Source: Chlorobaculum sp. (GTDB taxonomy: Bacteria > Bacteroidota > Chlorobiia > Chlorobiales > Chlorobiaceae). From it: a stretch of DNA of 64,000 bases. The notes beneath the pieces were generated by a model. It was not told the origin of the DNA and ran no database searches. It worked only from the letters and a program-made list of their open reading frames with translations. A program made the translations under genes and the position numbers. Positions 61,851-64,000 of this stretch are shown piece after piece. Position 1 is the stretch's first letter. Each line of letters starts with the position of its first letter. The DNA lies in the NCBI GenBank assembly GCA_035560975.1, contig DATMYL010000022.1, positions 921-64,920 on the forward strand, read 5' to 3'.

Positions 61851-64000
61851 ATGAATCGCATCCATCGCATTATCTGGTCCAAGATCACTGAAAAATGGAT
61901 CGTTGTTTCCGAGAAGGCAGGATCCAGCGGTTGCCCTATCATTCTTGTCGGTGCGTTGAGCCTCGGTGCGCTGATGTGCAGATACGAAACAGCTCTGGGC
62001 ATTGTGGGCATTGAAGCAGGGGCCTTGCCGACAGGAGGGGACATAAGTCCAGACACAGGAAAGATCGCCACCAGCGGCAGTCAGATGACGGTCAACCAGT
62101 ATAGTGCGAAGATGATCGCCAACTGGGATACCTTCAACATCGGTGAGTCTGCGAGTGTTCGTTTCATTCAGCCTACAGTATCCTCGATAGCACTGAACCG
62201 TATCAACGACCAGAACCCGAGCCAGATAATGGGCAGCCTGAGTTCGAACGGCACGGTGTTTCTGCTCAACCAGAACGGAATGGTGTTCGGAAAGACAGCC
62301 AGGGTCGATGTCGGCGGATTGGTCGCATCGAGCCTGAACCTGTCGGACAACGACTTTTTGAACGAGCGCTATGCGTTCACCAGCAGGGGAAACGCAGGAA
62401 GCATCGTCAACGAGGGGACGATCACGGCCAAGCAGGGCGGAGTGGTGGCCATGATCGCGCCGAAAGTCATCAACGAAGGTAGCATAACGGCCGACAAGGG
62501 CAGCGTGGCCATGCTGGCCGGCGATCAGTTCACGGTGGACTTCAGCGGAGACGGGCTGATCAAATACACGGTCGACAAGGGCTCGGTGGATGCGCTTGCA
62601 CGGAACAAGGGGTTGATCAGGGCGGACGGGGGTCTGGTTGTCATGAGTGCAGAAGCTGCCGATGCGTTGAGCCGGTCGGTGGTTAGCAACAGCGGAGAGG
62701 TCCGGGCCCGTACATTGGAAAACAGGGAGGGACGGATCGTTCTGGTAGCAGGCGGCGGCCAGGCGACGGTATCGGGCACTCTCGACGCCTCATCCAGCGA
62801 TGCGATGGGCGGCACGGTTATCGCCACGGGCGACCGTGTGCTGGTGACCGGCAATGCGCACCTGACGGCATCCGGTGCGACAGGCGGCGGAGAGGTGCTG
62901 GTTGGCGGAAGCTGGCAGAACAGCGATTCGACGGTATGGCAGTCCACCGACGCCACCGTCGAGAAAGGTGCACTGCTGGAAGCCAATGCCACCGACAGGG
63001 GTAACGGAGGCACGGTTGTCGTATGGTCAGACGTAACCAACCCGGACTCCATCACCCGGGCGTACGGAACCTTTGAAGCCAAAGGGGGCTCCAACGGAGG
63101 CGACGGCGGAAGGATCGAGACCTCGGGCCATAAGGTTGATATTGCTGAAGTCAAGGTTAATGCCGGGGCGACGCAAGGTACTGGAGGGCTCTGGTTGATC
63201 GATCCATACGACTATACGATAGATGCCACAGCGGCTACGGCAATTGTGTCATCCCTGGATGCCGGTACGAGTGTGACGATAGATACTTCAGTCAGTGGTG
63301 GCCCTGGTGATGCAGGAAGTGGCCCGGGAAACATTACCGTTGCCAGTGCCATCACCAAAACCACAGCCACCGGTACGCCGACGTTGACGCTCACAGCCGA
63401 CAACAGCATTGTCCTCAATGCCAACATCGGGAACACGCTCGGTACGTTGAACCTGACGATGAACTCCACCGGCGGCGGTATCACCGGTACTGGTAACATC
63501 AGCGGCAATGGCGCCACGATATTCAATGTCGGAGGTGGTTCGGGAACCTACAGCGGAGTTATCAGTGATGGAAGCGGTACTCGAACTGTCACAAAATCCG
63601 GAAGCGGAACACTGACACTTGGCGCGGTAAATCAATATACGGGAATCACCTACATCAATGCAGGCACGTTGAAGCTCGGTTCCAATAGCTTTTCCGGGTC
63701 GAATTCGGTGCTGGGCTGGGACGGAGCCGGGACCGTCGTAGCTGATGGCGCCGTGCTTGATCTCAACGGGTATGGTGTTTCATTAGCTGAACCGTTGACG
63801 TTGAATGGAACGGGAATATCAGGCGGAGGAGCGCTGACCAACAGTGGTGCCAGCGGATCGAAATATGATGGGAGTATTACGCTTGGCTCCGATAGCAGCA
63901 TTGTTGCCAACGCGGGGTGGTTCACCGTGGGCTCAACGCTGGCTACCCCTATATCACTTGCAGGACATAGTTTGACGCTTGGCGGAACAACGGGAGGATC
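61851..64000 (+). CDS. Filamentous-haemagglutinin-like TpsA exoprotein, N-terminal part (runs off the window)
   Basis: Hand translation of segments: ESPR-like MNRIHRIIWSKITEKWIVVSEKA, TPS domain (ANWDTFNIG, LNRINDQNPSQIMG, FLLNQNG), IETSG and LIDP motifs, PATR-like TKSGSGTLTL...YTGITYINAGTL. No stop in the track. Confidence 0.92.
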   Translation, partial: MNRIHRIIWSKITEKWIVVSEKAGSSGCPIILVGALSLGALMCRYETALGIVGIEAGALPTGGDISPDTGKIATSGSQMTVNQYSAKMIANWDTFNIGESASVRFIQPTVSSIALNRINDQNPSQIMGSLSSNGTVFLLNQNGMVFGKTARVDVGGLVASSLNLSDNDFLNERYAFTSRGNAGSIVNEGTITAKQGGVVAMIAPKVINEGSITADKGSVAMLAGDQFTVDFSGDGLIKYTVDKGSVDALARNKGLIRADGGLVVMSAEAADALSRSVVSNSGEVRARTLENREGRIVLVAGGGQATVSGTLDASSSDAMGGTVIATGDRVLVTGNAHLTASGATGGGEVLVGGSWQNSDSTVWQSTDATVEKGALLEANATDRGNGGTVVVWSDVTNPDSITRAYGTFEAKGGSNGGDGGRIETSGHKVDIAEVKVNAGATQGTGGLWLIDPYDYTIDATAATAIVSSLDAGTSVTIDTSVSGGPGDAGSGPGNITVASAITKTTATGTPTLTLTADNSIVLNANIGNTLGTLNLTMNSTGGGITGTGNISGNGATIFNVGGGSGTYSGVISDGSGTRTVTKSGSGTLTLGAVNQYTGITYINAGTLKLGSNSFSGSNSVLGWDGAGTVVADGAVLDLNGYGVSLAEPLTLNGTGISGGGALTNSGASGSKYDGSITLGSDSSIVANAGWFTVGSTLATPISLAGHSLTLGGTTGG

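Noticed and set aside
1-64000. The window could be a circle joining the right-hand tpsA start to the left-hand tpsA end
   Set aside because: The last partial codon (TC, 63999-64000) joined to base 1 puts translation in the frame starting at base 2, while the left ORF uses the frame starting at base 3. The content is also chromosomal housekeeping DNA.

Overview
Chromosomal segment of a green sulfur bacterium (Chlorobiaceae). The evidence is crtC-petC-petB with no cytochrome c1/f gene, type-2 IPP isomerase next to a polyprenyl synthase, and a bS22-type ribosomal peptide. About 55 kb (4053-59533) is housekeeping: envelope, translation and isoprenoid genes, rho, ftsH, and tRNA-Lys, -Leu and -Phe. 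Both ends carry two-partner-secretion (TPS) adhesin genes: the 3' part of a GLUG/MBG-type exoprotein on the left, and tpsB plus the 5' part of an ESPR/TPS/PATR exoprotein on the right. No CRISPR, transposase, integrase or phage gene is seen. The features least explained by the annotation are: (1) a dispersed family of intergenic arrays with a GGAC/GTCC core at 9-bp period, at four loci, two of them forming long inverted pairs, plus a 7-bp array; (2) a REP-like palindrome cluster with GTWG feet; (3) an ECF sigma / small anti-sigma / membrane-anchored helical sensor triplet resembling CnrH-Y-X; (4) a coiled-coil plus winged-helix protein with a silencer-like layout; (5) a possible structured RNA between two terminators upstream of tpsB. 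Start codons were adjusted by eye where the ORF track is over-extended.
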